Shown: piece by piece, positions 1 through 11,541 of the stretch | Layout of the letters: each line of letters begins with the position of its first letter | How positions within the stretch are numbered: position 1 is the first letter of the stretch | Origin: Tubiluchus corallicola | Taxonomy: Eukaryota; Animalia; Priapulida | DNA: 57,119 nucleotides | Direction: 5' to 3' | Assembly: GCA_030141605.1 (NCBI GenBank) | Contig: JAQGDQ010001181.1 | Location: 1-57,119 of the forward strand | Notes under the pieces: generated by a model | Seen by the model: the letters and a program-made list of their open reading frames with translations, nothing else | Told to the model about the DNA's origin: nothing | Databases searched by the model: none | Made by a program: the position numbers and the translations under genes

Positions 1-650
1 TGTGATCCGTAATGTGCAATGTGTGATCCGTAATGTGTGATGTGTGATCCGTAATGCGTGATGTGTGATCTGTAATGCGTGATGTGTGATCCATAATGCG
101 TGATCTGTGATCCGTAATGCGTGATGTGTGACGTAATGCGTGATCTGTGATCCGTAATGTGTGATGTGTGATCCGTAATGCGTGATGTGTGATCCGTAAT
201 GTCCGATGTGTGATCCGTAATGTGTGATGTGTGATCTGTAATGCGTGATCTGTGATCCGTAATGCGTGATGTGTGATCCGTAATGCGTGATCTGTGATCC
301 GTAATGTGTGATGCGTGATCTGCTGTGATCCGTAATGTGTGATGTGTGATCTGTGATCCATAATCTGTGATCAGTATTGCGTGATCTGTGATCCGTATGT
401 GTGATGTGTGATCTGTGATTTGTAATGTGTGATCTGTGATCCGTAATGCGTGATCTGTGACCCGTAATGTGTGATGTGTGATCCGTAATGTGCAATGTGT
501 GATCCGTAATGTGTGATGTGTGATCTGTAATGCGTGATGTGTGATCTGTAATGCGTGATGTGTGATCCGTAATGCGTGATCTGTGATCCGTAATGTGTGA
601 TGTGTGATCCGCAATGCGTGATCTGTGATCCATAATGCATGATGCACATA
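1..650. repeat. 21-bp tandem minisatellite (tgtgatccgtaatgcgtgatc), truncated by window start
   Basis: Unit directly visible; ORF 371..649 (HYGSQIT repeats) is just its translation. Confidence 0.95.
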
Positions 651-999
651 TGCAGCAGTAACTTATTATTGTCCTATTGCAAAAATTCAAAAGAAACCAC
701 ACAGATTTTGGGTGCAGGGGAGAGATTAATATGGCAGGTATCACCATTTAGTGAAAAAACCGGAGTCAGATGAACAACACATAACTACCTGCTTCTTCCT
801 GCTCTCAAAAATCCAAACAGAAAAAATATCATTGTTTGTAGGTCCCAAAGTGACCAAAACTCGCCTAACTAGAATTTTCAGAAAGCTAAACAACGAAAAT
901 GGTCACCGGAAACGCGAGAATAATCACCTAGGCAACGGTGGTTTCTGCATATTGCTCCGTGATGCGTATACAGACGATAGCGATCACGTTCAAATGAAC

Positions 1000-1560
1000 G
1001 CGGACCACGCACCACCTTTACGGATTACGCATTACATACACATGGAAACACTTCTACATGTTTAAATGCAAACTGTAGTATCTGTAGTATACGCATTACG
1101 GACCACGCATCACGCATTACGGAGTACATACACATGGAAACACTTCAACATGTTTAAATGCAAACTGTAATATACGCATTACGGACCACGCATCACGCAT
1201 TACGTACACATGGAAACACTTCTACATGTTTAAATACAAACTGTAGTATACGCATTATGGATCGCGCATCATGCATTACGCATATTACATACACATGGAA
1301 ACACTTCTACATATTTAAATGCAAACTGTAGCATACGCATTACGGGCCGCGCATCACACATTACGGATTACGCATTACGTACACATGGAAACACTTCTAC
1401 ATGTTTAAATGCAAACTGTAGTATACGCATTATGGACCGCGCATCACGCATTACGGATTACGCATTACATACACATGGAAACACTTCTACATGTTTAAAT
1501 GCAAACTGTAGTATATGCATTACGGACCACGCATCACGCATTACGGATCACACATTACAT
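1000..1560. repeat. ~80-90-bp tandem array containing the reverse complement of the 21-bp unit
   Basis: Repeated cacatggaaacacttctacatgtttaaatgcaaactgtagtatacgcattacgga; catcacgcattacggatcaca near 1532-1552 is the reverse complement of the 1-650 unit. Confidence 0.9.
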
Positions 1561-1695
1561 TTGAATTTGCACGTTTTATACAGTGCTAGGGCCGATGCAA
1601 GGCATTCATACAAAAAGCTAGTATGTAGATGGTATAAAATTTGGAGAAGAATTTTTTAAGCTTTATGTAAGTGGAGGGTTTTCTTGTACTTTAAT
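1561..1695 (-). mobile_element. Partial Kolobok-like MITE end
   Basis: Matches reverse complement of 28792-28925 and ends in ttttcttgtactttaa. Confidence 0.7.
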
Positions 1696-2531
1696 TTATG
1701 AAACCACTGTTAATGACAAGTACCACTAGCAGTGCTGCTAACAGCAGCAGAAATCATGTCACTGAAAAGAACTTTTACTAACATTTAAAAATCAACCACT
1801 GTTGATTTTCTTTGAAGTAAACCTCGCAAACAATAAGTATTTATTATCTATTAGCAAGTTTTAGAAAATCTCTGACTTTCTTACATATAAATGCCAATGG
1901 CAATTATCATACGCATATATGAAATTTTGATATAAGAACTCATCGTAGTAATTCGTAAATTAAGATTAATTTATTAGCTAACAGTTAGTTAAACAAGTAA
2001 TTATATTGTTAACAAAGTTTAAACTCGGCATTTAGTGTTATACGGTACTGTTTATCTGTCTATATTTTACATGCTAGCTTTTTTTAGTTTTATTATTATC
2101 ACGTTCAGTACAATATAATGACATTAAGCACACAGTGACATCAAAATTATTACATCATACTGTATTAAATTGTTATGTTTCATACAATATCGATGTCATA
2201 AAATAATAATTGTACTGCAGTGGGCCAGAGAAGCAAAGGCTTGTATAAGCCCACTGTCATGTGAACCCGATAAAAAAGAATGGATGAGTGAACAAAAAAA
2301 AGAACTGGGAGAAAAGTTAGATCAAGGTTAACAACTATTTGTGCTACGGTGACATTTTCAAATATTAGTTATACTTTCACGTGTTGCTACACTAAATTAA
2401 CAGCATCTTTATAATAAATTTACATTCTAAAAGTTACACCAGCCACTATGAATCACGAACATTGCTCAATACAAAATGGCTGCCAAAATTATGAAGTTTA
2501 ACAACAACAAAAATTAAACCAGAATATTTAC

Positions 2532-2657
2532 CGGGCAAATATTGCACTTCGGGTTCGGATATTCTCGTGTTATTCGGCATGGTTTTCTTAAGCTTCTGTA
2601 CTTCCGTGGGATGGTTAAAACGAAAATAACTTCCGCTGCCTAGGCAAACCATAGACC
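2532..2657 (-). CDS. PHLDB1: PHLDB1/LL5-like coding exon 4 (end of FHA domain: GSMVCLGSGSYFRFNHPTEVQKLKKTMPNNTRISEPEVQYLP)
   Basis: Acceptor ttttcag|GG, donor CCG|gtaaat, 126 bp, phase 1-1; resembles the recalled vertebrate PHLDB1 segment CMLCLGQSTFLRFNHPAEA. Confidence 0.9.
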
Positions 2658-3469
2658 CTGAAAATGAGACAACATTGAGAAACACAATAGGTGAGAAAAA
2701 AACCCAATTGAAACAAATTTTTGAATCTGACTAATTTAGAAACAAACATGGAGCCGAAAAAGGAAACACGAATGGCTTGTGTAAACATTTTAAAAATTGT
2801 GTTCAATGCTTGAACATGGTTCAACAATGTTCAATAATGGTTCAACAATGTACTGAAAGCGTCATTCGTGAAAAAATGTTCAACTGATAGCCACAGTACA
2901 AAGTTATGGCGTAGTTATCAAACGTGTGCCACTTTTGTAACACAACAGACAAAAAACGTGGCAAGAGAGGTAGACGATCTGAAGACATTTCTTTGTTTAG
3001 CACATCATTTTTGCTCTGGGGATTTGAGAAATACTCTTTTATTTCCACTAAACATAAAACACGGTCTGTGCCTCCAATGCCGGAACTTTGTTGATTCGAA
3101 TAACAAATGCAAAAAACCCAACTTGAATCAAATACCAACGCAACATGAATTTCGGATTAAGCACGCCGATGCAGCAACGCATACATGAATTTTTTCTACT
3201 TCAAAATGTATTCGAAATTATTCTAGTGAACTTCCGAACCCGTTCTTTTGAAGTTCCCGCGTTCAAACTAAACAGTTTCAGCACGCAGTGTGAACGGAGC
3301 TTTAGGGCATAATTCTGACAAGTGAAAACATTCCAGTGAGGCTGTCGGAACTAGATCTATCCCGGAGCGCGCTCGTAAAGATTCCGCATTACACAAGAAA
3401 TGCTTTTTCTCCTTCTCCAGGGTCCAGACACGTGTTTATTTCACTCATGTGTGGTTGTAGTATAGTCAA

Positions 3470-3812
3470 AGTTCAACTAACCTGCATGTGTATGCAATTT
3501 TCACGTGGCCTACCGTGCTCTCACAAGAGCTCTAGAGGATGCTGGAGTGGTCACTGCATTAAATTAGCCATGATGTGGCCTAGTGTAATTTCGCAACAGC
3601 TCTAGGGAATGCTTTAATGGTCACTGCATTCAACTAGCTTGTATGTGAATACAATTTTGACATGGCATAGTGTAATAGTGTACTTCCACAAAAGCTCTAG
3701 GGAATGCTTTAATGGTCACTGCATTCAACTAGCCTGCACGTGTATACAATTTTCACATGGCGTACTGTGCTTTCACAAGGGCTCTAGAGGATGCTTGAGT
3801 GGTCACTGCACT
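3470..3812. repeat. Degenerate tandem repeat (~60-95-bp units) inside the transposon
   Basis: Repeated gctctag(a/g)gg(a)atgct...tggtcactgcatt(c/a)aa(c/t)tagc. Confidence 0.8.
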
Positions 3813-4192
3813 AAACCGACAAACCTCCTCCTACCCACATTCGAATACATCTTCTGTCAAGGAAAGAAACCGGATGTAGTAGGTAAACATCCACAATCAG
3901 TTCGGGAAAAGAAATCGCCCAAAACTAGTATCGAACTGAGTTGTTCAAAACGTTCATACGTACTACACAGAGTCTTTGTACTTCCTTATTAGAACCCTGT
4001 AACTAGAACTGCTGCACCAAAAAAATAAACTGTGCTGAACTGATAGGTATGATCATATCCTAAGATGGGCTACCTCTCGTGCAACGTTTTTTGTCCATTG
4101 TGTTACACAAATGGCACACATTTGATAACAGAACCACAACATTTTATTCTGGTTATCAGTTGAACATTTTTTCAAGAAAGACATTTTTAGTC

Positions 4193-4563
4193 CACTCATA
4201 TCTCGGCTTGCCGGACCTCGCTTTTACGGATATCGGAAGAATCGGACTAAATCGAGACCGTTAAAAGTCCCGCATACTACGGACACAGTCCGTTGTTTCA
4301 CGAGCTGACCGCTAGTTGGCGAGCCATCACTTTGTTTCCATCACTACATCGGTGCAACTAAGCAACGTCTAACGACGTGTGTAGCTTGTATATAAGGAGC
4401 GGCCCATATTAGACGTTTTGAGACAATTAGACAATAGATTCTACATTAGTGTGAATCTAATACACGGCACCTACTGTATTAGCTTAGTATCGGTAAATAC
4501 GGACAATCGGCAAATTCAGACCGATGTCTCCCCGCTTTTGTGTGGCAAACCGAGATATGAGTG
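4193..4563. mobile_element. Tc1/mariner (pogo/Tigger-like) MITE nested in the host TIR
   Basis: TIR cactcatatctcgg / ccgagatatgagtg; TA at 4564-4565; left TA reads TC; interrupts host sequence ttttagTAcattgttgaac. Confidence 0.8.
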
Positions 4564-4708
4564 TACATTGTTGAACTATGGCAGTCACCCATCCACTTAC
4601 TGACGAGGCCCACTTTACTTAACTTTGGTCGTATTGTGACCATTCAGTCAATTCTTAACACCTTTATTGTGTTAAAACTTGTGCATTTTTCTCAATAATA
4701 AAGTTCAC

Positions 4709-4891
4709 CTTGCATAAGTCGGGTCGGTTTGCACACGTGCAATCCATCGATGCTACACAACGCTGCAACCGGATGAAAATATATCACATCGCTCTCGTTT
4801 GTGAGGAAACAGTGACCCTTCTGCACTCTGGTCCCCTCTACCTGTATATCGGGTGGATTATCAGCATCGGCAGCACCAAGAACAGTCTTAC
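4709..4891 (-). CDS. PHLDB1: PHLDB1/LL5-like coding exon 3 (FHA core: GKTVLGAADADNPPDIQVEGTRVQKGHCFLTNESDVIYFHPVAALCSIDGLHVCKPTRLMQ)
   Basis: Acceptor ttttctttcccaacag, donor AAG|gtgaac, 183 bp, phase 1-1; resembles the recalled PHLDB1 segment GRTVIGS...HCYIEN...CTIDGLPVRQPTRLTQG. Confidence 0.92.
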
Positions 4892-5068
4892 CTGTTGGGA
4901 AAGAAAACAAAACTGGATAAAATTACATGTACATCTAATACAATAACCCCTTCCTTGTCAAATATCAAATACCGTTTCTCTTTCTGTTATGACTTTACTG
5001 ACAGTTTTATTTTACTCTTAAATACAACACACATAAATAAACAATCTTTTTGAGAAAAAGCAGATATA

Positions 5069-6518
5069 CAGGGCTGTCTAGAAAAAAAGTTCCCCAAAAT
5101 TCACTCAAGCCTTTCATCCCGATGAAGGCATTTGTAAAAGAGACACATATCGTCGTGTAGGCAACTTTCTCCTCTTTCCAAACAGCTATAAATCTTCCTC
5201 CAAGACCCAGCAAGTTTTGTAACGGTGTTCCCAGAGAAATGATGGGTGAAAAATCTCCAAAAATGACCGCAATGCTGTCCACAGAAAACATTCTAGTAGT
5301 ACTTGGTCTTGGAGAGAAATTTACGGCTCTTTGGGAGGAGAAACCAAGATACACGACGATGAGGGGGTCTTCCACGAGCGTCTCTACCAGGATGAAGGGC
5401 TATGAATTCGTTGGAAGAACGTTTCTTTTGGACCAGCCTGTACATTCACAACCTTAAAGTCGCACCCTACAAATATTTTGGTGTCTTTTCACATAAGCCA
5501 GATACATTCAACAAGAGGGACCTATTCCGGGAGTGTTCATGACGCAACCAGAACCACGCTTATTATCATGAACCACTGAACCAGCAGCAGTGTCTCAGCC
5601 ACGTCCAGGTGCAAAATACGCAATCCCGCAATGAGAAAAGAGCCACGAACCACTGAACCAGCAGCAGTGTCTCAGCCACGTCCAGGTGCAAAATACGCAA
5701 TCCCGCAATGAGGAAAGAGCCATGAACCACTGAACCAGAAGCAGTGTCTCAGCCACGTCCAGGTGCAAAATACGCAATCCCGCAATGAGGAAAGAGCCAT
5801 GTTCAGTATGCCGAATGAAACAACCCATAGCGAGCATGCAACACGGCAGCTGCACGCACGTGTCCACTCGACCATGAACCCTGCTCCAAACTAGCTCTAG
5901 TTTCAAGCTCGTTAAAACCACCACCACGCTTCGTTCAATTTCAGCTAAACCACTCTACTCGAACTGAAACGAACCCCCTTTTACGAGAGCCGTTAATAGC
6001 AAGTTACGACCACAATTTCAATTTTGAAATTACCAAACTCTGCCTTGTCTTCTCTGAACAGCAACATTTGCAATTTATTAAACTCTCACGCCTAATTAAC
6101 TCATCCCAGAGAAGATATTCATCCCAACATTACCAGAATGAAGCCAATGCTAAACAGACATTCCCAAGCCAGTAATATTCAGCAGAGTAATTTATAAAGT
6201 GGACAGATTATTCAGCATCATGCAGCGAACTCGTGATCAAAGAGCATGTTTACAAACCATTAGAGCTCTGCACGCCGTGCCACTATTACGTCCCGTCGCC
6301 TCTGAATAATTCTCATATTAATTATATAAGGGTATAATATGAATCCGGCCTGGACTGAATTCGTGTAGAAGCCCTACTGTTCTCTATTGTGCCAAGATAT
6401 ACAACATACGATAAACCTTTTCACAGTTTCAGCGATTGATCGCGAAAAGGTCATAGGTTACGTGTGTCATAGGAAAGGCTTGAGTGAATTTTGGGGAATT
6501 TTTTTCTGGACAGCCCTG
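5069..6518. mobile_element. Tc1/mariner-like non-autonomous element, ~45-bp TIRs, TA target duplication
   Basis: TA|cagggctgtctagaaaaaaagttccccaaaattcactcaagcctttc ... gaaaggcttgagtgaattttggggaattttttctggacagccctg|TA. Confidence 0.85.
5567..5802. repeat. 78-bp tandem repeat, 3 copies
   Basis: gaaccactgaaccagcagcagtgtctcagccacgtccaggtgcaaaatacgcaatcccgcaatgag repeated; explains ORFs 5595..5927 and 5672..5875. Confidence 0.95.
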
Positions 6519-7192
6519 TATATCTAGTTTTCTGCTTTTTCTGAGAAAGATTGTTTATTTATGTACACTTGACATTTGTGTACACTTGACAACACCTCAC
6601 AGCCTATGCTATTGTAACAGTAACAGTTTTAACAGTTAACTAGAACCTTACCTAGTTCATTTTTCTTGTTCCTAAGCAAGATCCTGCTAGTAAATCACTC
6701 TACACACAGACTAATGCATAATTAAGTAAAGTCTATGAAAACAACTGAAGTTACTGAATTGATGCATCAGACGACTTTGCCTTACCCATGTCACGTGACG
6801 GTTGTACCACAAGACGCGTTGCTGTGGTACACTTAACCTTTGACCTACAGCAACTGGGCATGCGCACAATGAAACAGTGAAAAGGCTAATAAACCCTTCA
6901 ATCCTGGCAGCTCAACTTCTGCATCGAATTCACCCAACCCCCAACCCCCCCATTCAAGTACAAAACAGATTCACTTACGCTAGGGAACAGGAAAGCGTAC
7001 GAGGGTAGGATCACTCCTGTAATTTTGCTCGCCATTAATGCGAAGCTACCAGACACTCGCCAAGTCGCTCGGCGTATACTTTGTATACAAAAATTTTTGG
7101 ATACTTATGTATGTTCGTTAGTACCCCTGTAGTACCTTGAAAGTAATTTTAACCAGTGTGAAATTTAATTTAGAATTTGTTTAAATCATTTA

Positions 7193-7793
7193 ATTTAAAG
7201 TTTATCTTCGGAATGAAAAACAATCTTCATAAATAAAGTTTAAAAAATTTGTCCTGAAATTTTGTGTCACAAGTTGTGTTATTGCATACAGGGCTTGCGT
7301 TAGCAGTAACGCTGTACAAAACTACTAAACTTAGACTCCCACGATGACCGCAGGTGCTGCCATTTTAACGGTTGGTCGTTTGAAACAAGTTTAGATAACA
7401 TTGCGTAAAGTATGAAAAAATTATCACACTAGAGTTATTACCTCACTCTTCACTAAGTTAAGCAAAAGTTTAAATTACTTTATATTGTCAATAAGATCAA
7501 TAACATGTTTTTTGGTGAATCAGTGGTGCACACTGAGATGGCGATGCAGTGATGTTCGTGAATCAGTGGTGCACACTGGGATGGTGATACAGTGATGTTG
7601 GTGAATCAGTGGTGCACACTGGGATGGCGATGCAGTGACATTTTACCAGGTGGCGTGAATATTTCGAATTATTAAGAATTTTCTTTTCCAGTTGCGCAAG
7701 TCTTTCAAACAGGTAAGCGCAATGTAAGTAAGATAGCTTTGTGTGCGGACTTCTGTGGAAGATTCCTGAAAATTCCTTTTTCTTCCCCTTAAA
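7193..7793 (+). mobile_element. Kolobok-like MITE copy with an internal triplicated ~46-bp segment
   Basis: Shares core ttgtcaataagat...ggtgaatcagtggtgcacactgggatgg with other copies; ends in ttcttcccctTAA. Confidence 0.7.
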
Positions 7794-7878
7794 ATATTTT
7801 TGCCAAAACGCTAAAGCCACGCGGTGTTATTATGTTAATAAGAAATCCTTTATTAAAGGAAAAGAACACGTCCTTTCT

Positions 7879-8246
7879 AAGAAATGATGATAATGATGAT
7901 GATGATGATGATGATGATAGTTTGTTAATTTGTTAATTTTGTAGACAGTGACACGGTGACTCTAAACACTTTCTTGTCGAATTTCGTACAAAAAATTTGG
8001 CTCCATCTATTGGCAATTAATGTGAAAATCATGATATTAATGTAGCAATTAATGTGACAATTAATGTGGCAATTAATTGCCATAATCATGGCAATTAATG
8101 TGAAAAGAAATGATAATAATGATGATGATGATAGTTTGTTAATTTGTTAATTTTGTAGACACTGACATGGTCACTCTAAACACTTTCTTGTCGAATTTCG
8201 TACAAAAAATGTGGCTCCATCTACTGGCAATGAATGTGAAAATCAT
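7879..8246. repeat. Local duplication of ~140 bp next to the exon 2 donor
   Basis: 7879-8031 closely matches 8105-8246. Confidence 0.9.
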
Positions 8247-8248
8247 AC

Positions 8249-8369
8249 CTTCGTGCAGCGGCAATACAGTTATGTTAGTCGAAAGTCTGCCTCCTCCTAA
8301 ACTGACAAGATGAGGTCCATCGGAATGAACTTTCAGAGCAGCTCCCACTTTTGTTACTGCCAAGTTATT
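8249..8369 (-). CDS. PHLDB1: PHLDB1/LL5-like coding exon 2 (NNLAVTKVGAALKVHSDGPHLVSLGGGRLSTNITVLPLHE)
   Basis: Acceptor ttttttactag, donor AAG|gtatga, 121 bp, phase 0-1; resembles the recalled PHLDB1 segment GKGLKVQTDKPHLVSLGSGRLSTAITLLPLEEG. Confidence 0.93.
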
Positions 8370-8497
8370 CTAGTAAAAAATCAATAATAAAACACGTATC
8401 AGCTAGTTTATCACAATCCCACATATAAGAAGGAAGTAACCATGAACACAAGAAAATTCTCAAAGCAAAAAATGTCTGGAGCTGCAGAAGAGCAAGG

Positions 8498-8765
8498 ACG
8501 CAGTGGCGGCATGGTGATGGTTGTGTACAGTGGCAGTTGCCAAGCAACAGGTTCTGGGTTCGAATCCCATTCACGCCAACGTTTTTATAACTATCTACAA
8601 CGCGAATATTTTTGTAACTGTCTACGAACGGGAATTTTTGGCAGTCTTTCTAGGCCTGGTCAGAATTAACAGGGGTGTAATGGAGTCAACGGTAGAAAGG
8701 CAGCCTAATGAAGGACCACCAGTAGCCACTCTAGCCTTCCTTATGTGCCATAAAGTTTCGTAAAT
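8498..8765 (+). mobile_element. tRNA-derived SINE
   Basis: A-box-like tggcggcatgg and B-box gggttcgaatccc, followed by a non-tRNA body. Confidence 0.6.
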
Positions 8766-9186
8766 AGATATTATCTTTTTCTTCATCCCTGCCCCCGTTA
8801 GGGACGTTTCTTCTTCTTCTTCTGCTACTCCTTCTGCTACTTCTTCTTATGTTTAAGATGTATAGTTCATTCAGGTATCTAACAAGGCGTTTTCAAAGGC
8901 TTATAAAGTAGTCCAAACGATTAGTGTCTTATTCTCGCTTTCTACAAGCAATGCAACTTTACACGAACAAACTACACCTCACACCTCACAGGTGTGACCT
9001 TACCTTAAACTTTTCTTATCTGTTACATCAGGTACAAGGTGCTAAACAGCCTGATATAAACGCTCTTGAGATATCATATGGCACATAAGTCTTTTCGTCC
9101 TTCACAGAAATTGCATAAAATTAAACAGTTTTTCTTAAATTCAATGAGTGACCATCAAATCATCGTTATCATCATCATCATCATAG

Positions 9187-9225
<39 letters not shown>

Positions 9226-9437
9226 CGAGGGGCCTTTAAATAAAATCTGGTCTTACGAAAAATCTGTCTATTACACACATATGTTCGCAGTTAGTCACCA
9301 TGCAACTACTTGCTCAATGTTGCTTAACTTTCAACAGCCACCGTATCAAATCAACGGACCAGTTCAAGACCCAATAACGTAGCTGTGGCACAAAAGGAGG
9401 AACTAATACACAATACAGTTTAAACGAGCAATCATAC

Positions 9438-9539
9438 CTTTGAGGACACCAATCTAGCACGGTTATCGGTGCCGGTCCTGCCGCCATGCTGGTTGACATC
9501 GCCATTAGTAAGATTAGTTGCACTAGCAGTGGTGGCCAT
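9438..9539 (-). CDS. PHLDB1: PHLDB1/LL5-like probable first coding exon (MATTASATNLTNGDVNQHGGRTGTDNRARLVSSK); exon 9541-9438
   Basis: Acceptor catgtag|GCATGG, donor AAG|gtatga; 34 codons, phase 0, in frame with exon 2; this frame is absent from the ORF track. Confidence 0.75.
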
Positions 9540-9789
9540 GCCTACATGTGAAGTATTAATCTATTCATGCTCAAGGACTCGTGCACATGCTGGAAACAAA
9601 CGGTTAGAACGGTAAGTTCACTTACAAACCACAAACAGTTGATGGTAAAATTAATATTAAAGACCAAAAACTAACAGTAGGTTATGCACATGCGCACAAG
9701 CAACAATTCCGTTTTCTGCAACAATGCTAGTTAAAATCAAAAACTACTCCTCTTCCTTCTTCTTCTTCTTGGCGTTTTGTTTCTCATCT

Positions 9790-10545
9790 TAATAGTACAA
9801 AGAAGAAATTTACTGCAGATCAGAAGGTCGTGGGTTCGATTCCATAACTGATTAATAGGAAATTTCTAGTTAATTAAAGTTTTTTGTCCCTTTCTTTTTC
9901 TTCTTCTTCGCATTTCCTTCTGATCTCATTAGTGCAAAAAAACTTCATTTACTGCTAGTCAGAAATACATCTTTTTCATTGAATTAGATAAAAGGTTCGG
10001 ACTTTCTAGTTTTTTAAAACAAAAAATATTTTTTCTTTTTTCTTCTTCTTTCAATTTTACTTCTTTTACTTAGCACAAAAAACTTCACTTACTGCCACCC
10101 AGAAATTCATCTTTTTCGTTGAATTAGATAAAAGTCTAGTTTTTTAAAACAAAAAATATTTCTTCTTTTTTCTTCTTCTTTCAATTTTACTTCTGTTACT
10201 TAGTGCAAAAAACTTCACTTACTGCCACCCAGACATTCATCTTTTTCGTTGAATTAGATAAAGTCTAGTTTTTTAAAACAAAAAATATTTCTTCTTTTTT
10301 CTTCTTCTTTCAATTTTACTTCTGTTACTTAGTGCAAAAAACTTCACTTGGTGCCAGCCAGAAATTTATGACTTTAATTGAATTAGATGAAAAATTTGGA
10401 ATTTAAAATAAAAAAAAATCTTTCTTCTTCTTCGTATGCTGTGGATTTCACCGTTTTCACTTAATGCAAAAAACTTCATTTACCACAGACCAAAAAGTCA
10501 TGGGTTCAATACCACAATTAGCTAGATAAAAGGCTTAGGAATTTG
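9790..10545 (+). repeat. ~118-bp tandem array (about 6 units) whose outer units carry a tRNA B-box-like motif
   Basis: Repeated tagtgcaaaaaacttcacttactgcc...gaattagataaaa; first unit has gatcagaaggtcgtgggttcgattcc, last has gtcatgggttcaatacc. Confidence 0.8.
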
Positions 10546-11117
10546 TACCCGCTGTCCATAATCGCTGCTATAAATACCCGCTATTCGTACCCATAATCAC
10601 ACTCGAAGCGTGATGGGTAAAATTACGGAATCTCGCGTATTGTTTACAGCTGATAGCTGCTGTATCATACAGTACACAGCATGCGCATCACTGCCATCAA
10701 ATCACCCACATTACTTTTCAAGATAACAGTTGTTACTGTAGTGGGCGTATCTTACATGTCACTTTCAAAATATATGGAAGTCGGTGAACTTATGTATCAA
10801 ACATTCCGAGATCAGCAGACAGTTACTGCACTTTAGGGTACCATAAATTACTCCGGTAAACCTGCAAGGTATGTCTGGTCGACCCATTAAGCACCGCACA
10901 CCCACGCGCAATTTAACATGTAACAATTTGCTGTGCTGTTTCATTACTAATTAGCAGCAGCCGCACAATTTCACAAGAGGAAACGAAAGCAACAGCATCA
11001 CGTACAAGTGGGGCAATTACATGTTTAATCACTTAGTAAGTACTGCATAAATACTCACAGCACTGAGACAGATACTGGCCTGGGTTTTGACAGCATTCAC
11101 ACCAATGTTGAGCGTTA

Positions 11118-11118
<1 letters not shown>

Positions 11119-11182
<64 letters not shown>

Positions 11183-11277
11183 TACTACTATTATTATTAT
11201 TACTATTATTACTACTACTATTATTATTATTACTATTATTACTACTACTACTACTACTATTATTATTATTATTATTA
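11119..11277. repeat. (TAT/TAC)n microsatellite
   Basis: Directly visible; source of the poly-Tyr ORF. Confidence 0.98.
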
Positions 11278-11485
11278 CAATAATTACACTATCACATCAA
11301 AGGCTTCGTGTTTCAATATAAATACCCATAATATGGTGATAATATTTGTATTTGTCCTGGGGCAAAAAGTGATAACAATACAGGTATAACCATGCTTCTG
11401 GTGGCTTCCCAGTACAAACAATGGCCAGTCGGGATTTATAAGCTTTAATATAATCTGAAGACAGTGAAATTTTGCAGAAACAGCA

Positions 11486-11486
<1 letters not shown>

Positions 11487-11541
<55 letters not shown>

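Larger units (their letters stand above)
2838..4578. mobile_element. Non-autonomous DNA transposon with ~150-bp imperfect terminal inverted repeats
   Basis: 2838-2975 is the diverged reverse complement of 4068-4192 plus 4564-4578; ORFs 2842..3138(-) and 4079..4264(+) give similar peptides for this reason. Confidence 0.7.

Noticed and set aside
371-649. His-rich repeat protein ORF
   Set aside because: Translation of a 21-bp minisatellite inside an intron
6979-7016. Possible 38-nt micro-exon on the minus strand (acag|...|gtaagt)
   Set aside because: Weak pyrimidine tract; would frameshift the FHA region; exons 2 and 3 already join colinearly with PHLDB1
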